A stretch of DNA of 64,000 nt, from NCBI GenBank assembly GCA_036788695.1, contig DAIQMY010000001.1, positions 236,134 to 300,133 of the forward strand. Direction: 5' to 3'. Of this stretch, positions 8,395 to 17,540 are shown piece by piece. This DNA comes from Candidatus Levyibacteriota bacterium (lineage in GTDB: Bacteria > Patescibacteriota > Microgenomatia > Levybacterales > GWA1-39-11). The notes below the pieces were generated by a model. That model searched no databases and was not told where the DNA came from. It was given only the letters and a program-made list of their open reading frames with translations. The position numbers and the translations under genes were made by a program. The stretch's first letter is position 1; every line of letters starts with the position of its first letter.

Positions 8395-11055
8395 ATGTTC
8401 GGAAATTTATTTAATTCAGGAAAACAGAACGACCAGATTGTAAGTCATGACACTCGGGTAAATATTGGAGATCCTGCACTTGGGGGAACAAGTATTTCCA
8501 TTAATTCGTCAGATAACCCAAATCAGATACAGCCCCCTCCTGTTTCTCAAAGCGCTGTCGGAATGGATCCACAAAAAAGGGAAAATATGTTTGCCTTGTC
8601 GCGTCTTGATCCTCGAGCACTCCAAGTTCTTCATCATGCTCAGGAAGAAACTAAGCGCTTGTCTCAAGAATTTATTAATCCTGAGCAGCTTTTGCTAGGG
8701 CTTTTTTATGATGGGGATGTATTTCGCATATTAGAGCAATTCAGTGTAGATGTAGCTAAGTTAACACATGAGATTCAAGCAAAAGAAAAGCCGGGCGCTT
8801 TTTCTGGACAACCCACTATGGGTCCAAGCGTTGTTAAAATTTTTGATGAGGCATATTCGAATGCAAAAAAAAGAGGAGCCTCATTTGTTTCCCCTGAGGA
8901 TATAATGGTTGCACTTTTTTCGGAAACATCAACTTCTGAGTTTTTAAAAACATTTGGGGTACAACGTGATAAATTAGAGGAAAAATTATCTAAATCTACC
9001 GGATATGCTTCATCTTCAAGAAAAAGTGTGCTTGAGAGATATGGGATTGATCTGACTCAAGAAGCAAAGGACGGAAAGTTAGATCCTATTGCGGGTCGTG
9101 AGCGGGAAACAGAACGTTTAATACACATTTTATTAAGAAGAACCAAGAATAACCCAATCATAATTGGTGAGGCAGGTGTAGGAAAGACAGCAATTGTCGA
9201 ATCGCTTGCACTTAAAATTGCAGAAGGATCAGTTCCTCATGATCTTCTCAATAAGCGAATTATTCAGCTAGAGCTCGCATCACTTGTTGCGGGAGCTTCA
9301 CATAGAGGTGAATTTGAGGAGAGGTTACAGGATGTAATTAAAGAGACACAGGCATCAAATGGTCAAGTAATATTATTTATTGATGAGATACACACGCTTA
9401 TAGGGACTGGGGATACACAGGGAGCTATGGATGCTTCCAATATTATAAAACCATATTTGGCAAGAGGGCAGTTGCAGCTTATTGGAACTACGACTACTGC
9501 TGAGTATCGTAAATATTTTGAAAAAGATAAAGCATTTGAAAGGCGCTTTCAGGCAGTGTTAGTAGATGAACCTACTGAAGATGTTGCAGAACAAATGCTT
9601 GAAGTTTTAAAGCCAAAATATGAAAAATTTCACTCTGTTGAGATTACCCCAGAGGCAATTCAAGCCGCGGTTCATCTTTCAAAAAAATATATAGGAGAAA
9701 GATATTTACCTGATAAGGCGGTAGATTTACTAGATGAAGCAGCAGCTGAGGTAAAACTACAACATACAGAAGGAAAAAGACAGGATAACAAGGTTGTAAA
9801 ATCAGACATAGAGAAAGTTGTATCTGCCTGGACTGGAATTCCCATAACTCGTCTAACTGAAGATGAATCTCAGAAGTTAATTCATTTGGAAGATATTATT
9901 CATAAAAGACTCATTGATCAAGAAGAGGCTGTTGCGGCAGTATCTGAAGCAGTCAGGCGTGGAAGGATTGGTCTTGCGAGTGCAAACAGACCAATCGCAT
10001 CATTTATTTTCTTGGGTCCAACTGGAGTTGGGAAAACGGAACTAGCAAAAACTCTCGCGGAAATTCTCTTTGGGCGGGACGATCTTATGATAAGACTAGA
10101 CATGTCAGAGTACATGGAAAAACATGAGGTTGCAAAACTTATAGGTGCCCCTCCTGGTTATGTGGGGTACGAAGAAGGTGGGCAGTTGACGGAAGCAGTG
10201 CGCGCAAAGCCTTACTCAATAGTACTTTTAGATGAAATAGAAAAAGCCCATCCAGACGTATTCAATATTTTACTCCAGTTGCTAGAGGATGGAAGACTTA
10301 CTGATAATAAAGGGAATACTATATCTTTTAAGAATACAATTATTATAGCAACATCAAATATTGGGTCTTCCCTTATTCAACAAACTCTTTTAACGCAAAG
10401 TTCAAACGCAACTCAAGTAGTTTCTCCTGCAGAGGAAGCAAAAAGATTCTCATCTTTATCAAAAACATTGATGGATGAATTAAGGAAGTTTTTTAAACCA
10501 GAATTATTAAATCGTTTTGATGAGATAGTAATGTTTAAGCCACTGCGCCAACAGGACATGATGCAGATCGCAAGAATAGGGATATCCAAAACACAAAAAT
10601 TATTAGCAGAACAGGATATAGACCTAACTATAACTGAAAAAGCTCTTGGTGTATTGTCAAAAGAAGGTTACGATCCGGTTTATGGAGCACGTCCGCTCAG
10701 AAGACTTATACAATCATCCATAGAAAATCCAATCGCAATACTTCTTATTAACAAAACGTTTGTGGCGCATGATACAGTTCAAATTGATTATGATGATACA
10801 AAAGCACAGTTTACTTTTACAAAACTGGTACAAGCTGTGGATAAAAAAGAACAACCACCTACTGCAACACCTTCAACACAAGCAGCAACTGAACCAACCA
10901 ACACAACAACAGTTAAGTCTACTGAGACAGCAAACGGGAATGGGATCTTGTCTGATATTGCAAAAGAGCACTCGGCTGTTACGCCTCCGCCTACACAAAC
11001 AACTCCTCCAACGCCATCAGTTGACGCAAGTGGCACTATGATGCAACCCGCCTAA
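8395..11055 (+). CDS. Class-I Hsp100/Clp AAA+ ATPase (ClpA/ClpC-like, two AAA modules, no M-domain)
   Basis: Has Clp_N repeats. D1 carries GEAGVGKTAIVE and ILFIDEIHTLIG (intact Walker A/B) plus an ERRFQ arginine finger. D2 carries FLGPTGVGKTELAK, LLDEIEKAHPDV, GARPLRR and LLNRFDEIVMF. Only ~28 aa separate D1 and D2, so there is no ClpB-type coiled-coil M-domain. It has low-complexity N-terminal (~70 aa) and T/P-rich C-terminal tails, and no IGF/L ClpP loop is apparent. Confidence 0.8.
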   Translation: MFGNLFNSGKQNDQIVSHDTRVNIGDPALGGTSISINSSDNPNQIQPPPVSQSAVGMDPQKRENMFALSRLDPRALQVLHHAQEETKRLSQEFINPEQLLLGLFYDGDVFRILEQFSVDVAKLTHEIQAKEKPGAFSGQPTMGPSVVKIFDEAYSNAKKRGASFVSPEDIMVALFSETSTSEFLKTFGVQRDKLEEKLSKSTGYASSSRKSVLERYGIDLTQEAKDGKLDPIAGRERETERLIHILLRRTKNNPIIIGEAGVGKTAIVESLALKIAEGSVPHDLLNKRIIQLELASLVAGASHRGEFEERLQDVIKETQASNGQVILFIDEIHTLIGTGDTQGAMDASNIIKPYLARGQLQLIGTTTTAEYRKYFEKDKAFERRFQAVLVDEPTEDVAEQMLEVLKPKYEKFHSVEITPEAIQAAVHLSKKYIGERYLPDKAVDLLDEAAAEVKLQHTEGKRQDNKVVKSDIEKVVSAWTGIPITRLTEDESQKLIHLEDIIHKRLIDQEEAVAAVSEAVRRGRIGLASANRPIASFIFLGPTGVGKTELAKTLAEILFGRDDLMIRLDMSEYMEKHEVAKLIGAPPGYVGYEEGGQLTEAVRAKPYSIVLLDEIEKAHPDVFNILLQLLEDGRLTDNKGNTISFKNTIIIATSNIGSSLIQQTLLTQSSNATQVVSPAEEAKRFSSLSKTLMDELRKFFKPELLNRFDEIVMFKPLRQQDMMQIARIGISKTQKLLAEQDIDLTITEKALGVLSKEGYDPVYGARPLRRLIQSSIENPIAILLINKTFVAHDTVQIDYDDTKAQFTFTKLVQAVDKKEQPPTATPSTQAATEPTNTTTVKSTETANGNGILSDIAKEHSAVTPPPTQTTPPTPSVDASGTMMQPA

Positions 11056-11079
11056 CTTCTTCTTGGTATAATAAAATAT

Positions 11080-12834
11080 ATGCAAAGCATACTTCATGTG
11101 TTAAGGCGTATTGATACTCGTTTTTTTCTGTTGCCATTTTTATTATTTGCATTTGGAGCAATTGGATACGTAGCTGTCCAGGGGATATTTTTTCAAAATG
11201 ATAAAATATTTCCTCAAGGCGTACGGTATATTCCTGATCAAATAATAGTTAAATATAAAATTGGTCAATCTCCAGATGAACTTCAAAACGCGGGTAAGAT
11301 AGAAAATAGAAAAGTTCTCTTATCAGCATTATCAAATGTGGGTGTTGTCTCACAAAAGAGGCTATATGTTTCAGAAAATTCTTTGCTTGAAAATTATTAT
11401 GTATTAACGCTCAAGCCTGGTTTTACTGTTCCAGACGCATATAATAAGATCACAAAGATACCCGAAATAGAAAATGCTGCACCTGACTATATATTAAAAA
11501 TACAAGAGATGCCTAATGATCCATACTACCCATCTATGTGGAATCTTTCTAAGATTAAAGCAGAATTAGCGTGGGATTCTGTGCATGTAGGCGGGAGAGT
11601 CACAATTGCAGTTATTGATACGGGAGTTGATTATCAGCATGAGGATTTAAAAGATATCGTTATAAAAGGAAAGAATTTTATTTTAAATGATAATAATCCA
11701 ATGGATGACCAGGGGCATGGAACGCATGTTGCAGGAATAGCTGCCGCAGTTACAAATAATGGTATTGGGATAAGTGGTGCTACATGGGGAGCTAAAATAT
11801 TGGCTATTAAAGCCTGTGATAAAAATGGGGATTGTAGTACGGCAAATGTTTCAAGAGCTATTCAGTACGCTGTAGATAATAATGCAAAAATTATAAATGT
11901 CAGTATTGCTGGGAGCGGTTCGTGTAATGGAACATATACAGATGTATTAAGATATGCGGCAAGAAAAGGCGCGATAGTAGTTGTTGCTGCAGGAAATGGA
12001 AATAATGGGGATGGAATAGGTGTAAATGTAGAATCCCAAATACCCGCATCGTGTGAAGGTTCTATTGCGGTAGGTTCAATAACAGCAGATGGTAAAAGGT
12101 CAGGTTTTTCTAATTTTGGATCCAAAGTTGAAGTTTCAGCTCCGGGTGGTGTTGGTCCTTGTACTATGGAGAGTTGTATTATTTCAACCAGTATTAATAA
12201 TTCGTACTCACTTCGTTCTGGAACATCTATGGCAGCCCCTCAGGTGAGTGCTGTCGCCGCTCTCCTTTTAGCTTCTGATAAAAATTTGTCTATGTCAAAA
12301 ATTAAATCCTGTATTTTAAGTGGAGGAGATAACATTCAAACAGATAAAAGTATCGGTCTTCTTCTGAACGCCCAAAATTCCCTAAAGATTTGTACTAAAA
12401 TTGAGGCAACTCCTACTCCAAAAATGAGTAAAAATAATTCGTCTATTGCGGGTACTGTATTTATTGACGAAAATAAGAATAAAAAGCTTGACTCAATAGA
12501 AAAAACATTATCGTCTGCCCAGATAATCTTGTCCGGCTTAAGTAATGATAGTGTTCTTAGTAACTCAAAAGGTAAATATTTATTTTTGGGGTTACCGGGT
12601 GGTTTATACACAATATCTGCAACCCTAAATGGGCAAAGCGTAATTGTACCTATAGACGTATCTGTTGCATCAGATAATTCGGTTCAACTTAATATACCTA
12701 TATCTTCGGAGATGGTGATTATTACGCCAACACCTTCATTCGCAAAGCAAAAAACTGCGTCTTATTGTTTCATAGACCCCGAGTGTTTAAAGAGTAGGAA
12801 CTCAGTTCAAATATGTTCGTTTCGGTGTGAGTAA
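11080..12834 (+). CDS. Subtilisin-like serine protease (peptidase S8), N-terminal TM/signal anchor
   Basis: Catalytic triad contexts VTIAVIDTGVD (Asp), HGTHVAGIAAA (His) and GTSMAAPQVSAVAALL (Ser), with a hydrophobic N-terminus and a C-terminal beta-rich extension. Confidence 0.8.
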   Translation: MQSILHVLRRIDTRFFLLPFLLFAFGAIGYVAVQGIFFQNDKIFPQGVRYIPDQIIVKYKIGQSPDELQNAGKIENRKVLLSALSNVGVVSQKRLYVSENSLLENYYVLTLKPGFTVPDAYNKITKIPEIENAAPDYILKIQEMPNDPYYPSMWNLSKIKAELAWDSVHVGGRVTIAVIDTGVDYQHEDLKDIVIKGKNFILNDNNPMDDQGHGTHVAGIAAAVTNNGIGISGATWGAKILAIKACDKNGDCSTANVSRAIQYAVDNNAKIINVSIAGSGSCNGTYTDVLRYAARKGAIVVVAAGNGNNGDGIGVNVESQIPASCEGSIAVGSITADGKRSGFSNFGSKVEVSAPGGVGPCTMESCIISTSINNSYSLRSGTSMAAPQVSAVAALLLASDKNLSMSKIKSCILSGGDNIQTDKSIGLLLNAQNSLKICTKIEATPTPKMSKNNSSIAGTVFIDENKNKKLDSIEKTLSSAQIILSGLSNDSVLSNSKGKYLFLGLPGGLYTISATLNGQSVIVPIDVSVASDNSVQLNIPISSEMVIITPTPSFAKQKTASYCFIDPECLKSRNSVQICSFRCE

Positions 12835-12876
12835 AACTTAGAAAAATGACCTTATATCTGGTAGAATAGGTAACAC

Positions 12877-13746
12877 ATGAAAAAGGATTATTACGAGATA
12901 CTCGGCGTATCAAAGAGTGCGACTCCTGACGAATTAAAAAGGGCATATAGAAAATTGGCCCTGCAGTATCATCCAGATAAAAATAAAACCCACGAAGGTG
13001 AGGAAAAATTTAAGGAAATAAACCATGCATATGAAGTGCTTTCAGATCCTGGAAAGCGTGCGACGTATGATCAGGTCGGTCCGTCTGGATTTGATGGAGG
13101 CGCAGGCGCTGCGGGTGCAGGAGGACCATTTGGTGGGCAGAGGGGTGGTCAATACGGACCGTTTACCTACACATATGGGAATGGTGCGGAGGGAGCAAAT
13201 TATGATTTTGGCGGGTTTTCTGACCCGTTTGAGATCTTTGAGCAATTTTTTGGGGGTGGATACGCAAAGCGTAAACCAAGATACAGTATAACGATAGACT
13301 TTTTAGAGGCAGTTCATGGTACTTCAAAGAAGGTTTCAATAGATGGGAAAGCTCAAACAATTAAAATTCCTGCAGGAGTAGATAACGGATCAAGAATTCA
13401 ATTTCCAAACTATGAAGTCATTGTAGGAGTGAGAGGAAGTAGCAAATTTCACAGAGAAGGAAATGATATTATAACTGAGAGTGTAGTCCCGCTATCTATT
13501 GCCATTCTTGGTGGAACCATAGAAATAGAAACTGTGCATGGTCAGGTAACACTTAAAATTCCTGCAGGAACTCAACCGGACACCCTTATGAGAATAAAAG
13601 GAAAGGGTGTGCCTCGTGTTAGGGGTGGAGGAAGCGGTGATCATTTTGTTCGAATTAAAATTCTCATTCCAACAAGGATAAACTCACGACAAAAAGAATT
13701 ACTTCATGAGTTTGATGAAGAAAGCCGTAAGAAGAAGTGGTTTTAA
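12877..13746 (+). CDS. DnaJ-family co-chaperone (J domain, G/F region, C-terminal substrate-binding domains), no zinc finger
   Basis: [35 protein letters not shown] is a J domain with HPD, followed by a G/F-rich region. There are no CxxCxGxG repeats, so it is CbpA/class-B-like. Confidence 0.75.
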   Translation: MKKDYYEILGVSKSATPDELKRAYRKLALQYHPDKNKTHEGEEKFKEINHAYEVLSDPGKRATYDQVGPSGFDGGAGAAGAGGPFGGQRGGQYGPFTYTYGNGAEGANYDFGGFSDPFEIFEQFFGGGYAKRKPRYSITIDFLEAVHGTSKKVSIDGKAQTIKIPAGVDNGSRIQFPNYEVIVGVRGSSKFHREGNDIITESVVPLSIAILGGTIEIETVHGQVTLKIPAGTQPDTLMRIKGKGVPRVRGGGSGDHFVRIKILIPTRINSRQKELLHEFDEESRKKKWF

Positions 13747-14153
13747 TAAGAGTCAGAGAATTAGATTCCCAAGCTATTGCTTTCCCTCGTTATAAACATC
13801 TAATATGTATACATATGGGTATTCTGTCCTATCCTCTTTTGGTGGTTTTGTTTTGGTATAAAGAAGGTATATTTTATATCTTGTTGTATTTCCGTTCGTT
13901 TGACGACTACTGCATACGACTACTCTCATTGCATGGATTATTCTCAAGCTATTTTAAGCCGCTTAAAAACGAGTACAGAAAGAATCTTATTTTGTTTTCA
14001 ATACTTTTTGGGGTGATTGTCAAAACATGTTTAATTGCCATATCTCTCCTTCTATTGTTTTTCATTTTACTTTTTGAGGGACTATTGCTCCTCCTCTATA
14101 TTCTTTTTCCAATTCTGCCTTTATTTATTCTATTTTTATCTAAATATATATGA
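13737..14153 (+). CDS. Hypothetical small hydrophobic protein; may be spurious AT-rich translation
   Basis: A 138-aa ORF in an otherwise ~400-bp gap that overlaps the downstream Hsp100 paralog start as ATGA. Its composition is dominated by F/I/L from AT-rich DNA. Confidence 0.2.
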   Translation: MVLIRVRELDSQAIAFPRYKHLICIHMGILSYPLLVVLFWYKEGIFYILLYFRSFDDYCIRLLSLHGLFSSYFKPLKNEYRKNLILFSILFGVIVKTCLIAISLLLLFFILLFEGLLLLLYILFPILPLFILFLSKYI

Positions 14154-16528
14154 GTCTTATGAAAAATCTTGATCTGTTTAGCTTGTATGTTTTTTATAAT
14201 AATATATTCGTAAAAACCTTTCGTTTTTTAATACTTTTTTTATTAACGATTGCCTTGTTCTACGTAATAAGTGATTTATATTTGTTTAGAATAATTCTTA
14301 GTTTTTATATTGTATTTCTTGTAAATGAAATTTTTATTCATTTTAAGATTAATAAATCCCATCCTTTCAACACAGTAATGATAAGTAGCGACTTGCCTGA
14401 GAAGGCAGTACTGCTGAACGTAAGATATTTGATTTGGTCAAAAAGTAATAATGCTTTTCTTGAGAAATTAATAAAGCAGAAAGATGTTCTATTCTTTATT
14501 ACAAAAATCGACGGATTTAAGGTGTCTTCTGTTGAATTCAATATGACTGGGTTACTTAACAAAGCATCTTCGCTTGCGCAAGCCTGCAAGGGGACATACA
14601 TAACTGCCGCTGATATTTTTGCAGCATATCTTCTTATAACTGAAAACGAAAGCCATCTTTTGGATCAAAAAGAGTTAACAGAGAACGATATTTTGGAAAT
14701 ACTTTTATGGAGTAGGGAAAAATATAATTTTGATAAGGTAAAAGATTTTACGATGCATTTTACAGGAGCGGGTGTTTTTGATTTTTTTATCTACGGTTGG
14801 AATACTCAATTAAAAGAATACTCACTTGATTTAACGTATAGCGTACTTGGGAAAAATATGGCACCTGTTGTAGGGAGAGAAAAAGAGTTTTCTCAAATGG
14901 TGGGAATATTATCAAAAAATTCAATCAATAACATATTAATAATAGGAGAACCTGGTGTTGGAAAATCTTCTCTTGTATCACTTCTGGCATTAGAAGCATA
15001 CCGAAATACGAGATTTATTTTACATAGCACTGTTGTGTATGAGCTTCTTGTTGATAGGCTGCTTGCTGGCGTTTCAGATGCGGGAGAGTTGGAAACGCGC
15101 CTAGGCTTACTACTTTCCGAAATCGAACATATTGGAAATGCTGTACTCTTTATTCAAAACATGGAAAATATCTTTGGAGCTGGAGGGTTTGGTTTTGATA
15201 TGTCGGGAATATTATTTTCCTATTTAAAAAATGGAAAGGTACAGATAATAGGTACAACTACACCGTCATTTTATAAAACTATAATTGAAAAGAAATCAAG
15301 TATTATGAGCTTGTTCGAATTATTAAGGCTAGAGGAACCTGACCGTGATGTCTCACTGCAAATGATTGTGGCCCATGTTGATACTATTGAAAGAGAATAT
15401 CATGTGACCATTTCATATAAAGCAATACATGAGGCATTGGAATTGGCCTCATCATTTCTTCCCGAAACATTTCTTCCTGGGAAAGCAATTATTCTTCTCT
15501 ATGATATTTCGTCGAGGGTTAGGCTTGCGGGTGGAGGTCAAGTTGAGAAGGAGGATGTGGTGAAGTTTATTCAAGAAAAGACAAATATTTTACTTGAAAG
15601 GCCAGATGTAGACGAGAAAAAAGTTTTATTATCTCTAGAGCAAGAATTGCACAAGAGAATAATAGGGCAAGATGAGGCGGTGACTGCAATTTCAAAAGCA
15701 ATAAGAAGGCTCAGGAGTGGTTTTTCTCAGAGTAAACGTCCAATTTCAACTTTTCTCTTTTTAGGTCCTACGGGAGTCGGAAAAACGGAAACAGCAAAGG
15801 CACTATCTCAAATATACTTTGGGGATGAGGCAAATATGATCAGACTTGACATGAGTGAGTATCAGACACAAAATGAGGTGGAAAGATTGTTAGGCGGTGT
15901 TCCTGGAGGGATAGAAATAGAAAACTCATTACCTGAGCAGGTTAGGCTTCATCCTTTTTCACTAATACTATTAGACGAATTTGAAAAGGCACATCCGCAT
16001 ATATTAGATATTTTTCTACAGGTTTTTGAAGATGGTCGACTTACGGATAATAGTGGTAAAACGGTTTCATTTAAAAATACTATTATTATCGCAACAAGCA
16101 ACGCGGGCTCAGAGTCAATTCGTGAGATGATGCATGAAGGGAAAGACCCATTTCTTGCGAAAGACGTTTTAGTAGAGGGATTACTTAGGGAAGGAGTTTT
16201 TAAGCCAGAACTTTTAAATAGGTTTGATGATGTGATTATTTTTACCCCACTTTCTGTTTTTGAAGCGACTGAAATCGCGAAGTTGATCTTGGCATTATCT
16301 TTGAAGTCATTAGAGGATGAACAGATTTTTATAGGATTTGACGACAAGGTTGTAAGTAAAATAGTGCACGATTCATTTGATGAAGAGGCTGGTGCTAGAA
16401 ATATGAGAAGATATGTAGGGTCGACTATTGAGGACTATATATCAAAGCTTATACTGGAAGACAAGTTGCAAAAAGGAGCACATGTAACTTTAACTGTCGA
16501 CGAGACCAACAATTTTATATTACAATAA
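14150..16528 (+). CDS. Membrane-anchored Hsp100/Clp paralog with inactivated D1 (pseudo-ATPase) and intact D2
   Basis: The N-terminal ~70 aa are hydrophobic (2 TM), followed by a Clp_N-like domain. D1 keeps a Walker A (GEPGVGKSS), but its Walker B is VLFIQNMENIF versus ILFIDEIHTLIG in the upstream paralog, so DE has become QN, and its arginine finger ERRFQ has become MSLFE. D2 is intact (FLGPTGVGKTETAK, LILLDEFEKAHPHI, GARNMRR, LLNRFDDVIIF). An alternative start lies at Met77 (~14378). Confidence 0.7.
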   Translation: MSLMKNLDLFSLYVFYNNIFVKTFRFLILFLLTIALFYVISDLYLFRIILSFYIVFLVNEIFIHFKINKSHPFNTVMISSDLPEKAVLLNVRYLIWSKSNNAFLEKLIKQKDVLFFITKIDGFKVSSVEFNMTGLLNKASSLAQACKGTYITAADIFAAYLLITENESHLLDQKELTENDILEILLWSREKYNFDKVKDFTMHFTGAGVFDFFIYGWNTQLKEYSLDLTYSVLGKNMAPVVGREKEFSQMVGILSKNSINNILIIGEPGVGKSSLVSLLALEAYRNTRFILHSTVVYELLVDRLLAGVSDAGELETRLGLLLSEIEHIGNAVLFIQNMENIFGAGGFGFDMSGILFSYLKNGKVQIIGTTTPSFYKTIIEKKSSIMSLFELLRLEEPDRDVSLQMIVAHVDTIEREYHVTISYKAIHEALELASSFLPETFLPGKAIILLYDISSRVRLAGGGQVEKEDVVKFIQEKTNILLERPDVDEKKVLLSLEQELHKRIIGQDEAVTAISKAIRRLRSGFSQSKRPISTFLFLGPTGVGKTETAKALSQIYFGDEANMIRLDMSEYQTQNEVERLLGGVPGGIEIENSLPEQVRLHPFSLILLDEFEKAHPHILDIFLQVFEDGRLTDNSGKTVSFKNTIIIATSNAGSESIREMMHEGKDPFLAKDVLVEGLLREGVFKPELLNRFDDVIIFTPLSVFEATEIAKLILALSLKSLEDEQIFIGFDDKVVSKIVHDSFDEEAGARNMRRYVGSTIEDYISKLILEDKLQKGAHVTLTVDETNNFILQ

Positions 16529-16535
16529 TATTACT

Positions 16536-17537
16536 ATGAAAATATCAATCTTTGAAGTTGAAAAATGGGAGGAAGACTTTTTAAAAAAATCTTTGCGTAG
16601 TTCTGATGAGTTATCGTTCTTTAATCATCCCCTTACTCTTTCAGACATAGATTCTATAAGAGACACAGATGCTATAATCATTTTTATCTATTCTTCTATA
16701 ACAAAAGAAATTCTTGATGCCTTACCTAATCTCAAATTTATCGCGACTATGTCAACAGGTTTTGATCACATTGATCTTTCAGTTTGCAAAGAAAAGAATA
16801 TACTTGTTAGTAATGTTTCAGGATATGGTGAAATTACCGTGGCGGAACATACCTTTAGCCTTCTCTTAGCTCTTTCTCACAGGCTTATAGAATCATACGA
16901 ACGAGTAAAAGAGGGATACTTCTCACCTGAGGGGCTAACCGGATTTGATTTATCTGGTAAAACGCTAGGTGTTGTTGGGGTGGGTAGTATTGGGACTCAC
17001 GTTATAGAAATAGCTCATGGATTCAACATGAATGTCTTAGGATATAAAAGAAGTCCTGATCCTGAACTTGAAAAAAGGTTTAATTTTAAAATTGTTGATC
17101 TTCCGACTCTTTATGCAAAGTCTGATATCATCTCACTTCATGTCCCATACACAAAAGAAACGCATCACATGATAAATGATGATGCACTTTCTCAGATGAA
17201 AGATAAAGTTGTTTTAATAAATACTGCAAGGGGCCCACTCATTGACACAACTGCAGTTCTTAAATATTTGGATAATGGCAAGTTAAGAGGAGTAGGTTTG
17301 GACGTGTGCGAAAACGAGCCAATGCTACGAGAAGAGAAGCAAATATTATCAAAGGAATTTAATAAAGAGGATCTCCTATGTATGCTTGAGGAAAAAATGC
17401 TTTTAAACTATAAAAATGTGATAATAACTCCACACAATGCATTTAATAGTAAGGAGGCATTAGAATTAATACTGCAAACAACCGTGGACAATATCTCAGG
17501 GTTTATCAATAATACTCCCAAGAATACGGTTTCCTAG
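16536..17537 (+). CDS. D-isomer-specific 2-hydroxyacid dehydrogenase (D-lactate dehydrogenase family)
   Basis: A Rossmann GxGxxG (GVVGVGSIGTHV), a catalytic His context (VIITPHNAFNS) and a family-typical length of 333 aa. Confidence 0.75.
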   Translation: MKISIFEVEKWEEDFLKKSLRSSDELSFFNHPLTLSDIDSIRDTDAIIIFIYSSITKEILDALPNLKFIATMSTGFDHIDLSVCKEKNILVSNVSGYGEITVAEHTFSLLLALSHRLIESYERVKEGYFSPEGLTGFDLSGKTLGVVGVGSIGTHVIEIAHGFNMNVLGYKRSPDPELEKRFNFKIVDLPTLYAKSDIISLHVPYTKETHHMINDDALSQMKDKVVLINTARGPLIDTTAVLKYLDNGKLRGVGLDVCENEPMLREEKQILSKEFNKEDLLCMLEEKMLLNYKNVIITPHNAFNSKEALELILQTTVDNISGFINNTPKNTVS

Positions 17538-17540
17538 TTT

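Noticed and set aside
10760-11041. Track ORFs 10760..11041(+) and 10788..11036(-)
   Set aside because: They sit inside the low-complexity T/P-rich C-terminal tail of the ClpA-like gene, and the Q/L- or G/V-rich translations are typical shadow products.
13025-13360. Several 60-90-aa track ORFs on both strands inside dnaJ
   Set aside because: They are internal to a well-supported J-protein and arise from its G/F-rich, GC-richer segment.
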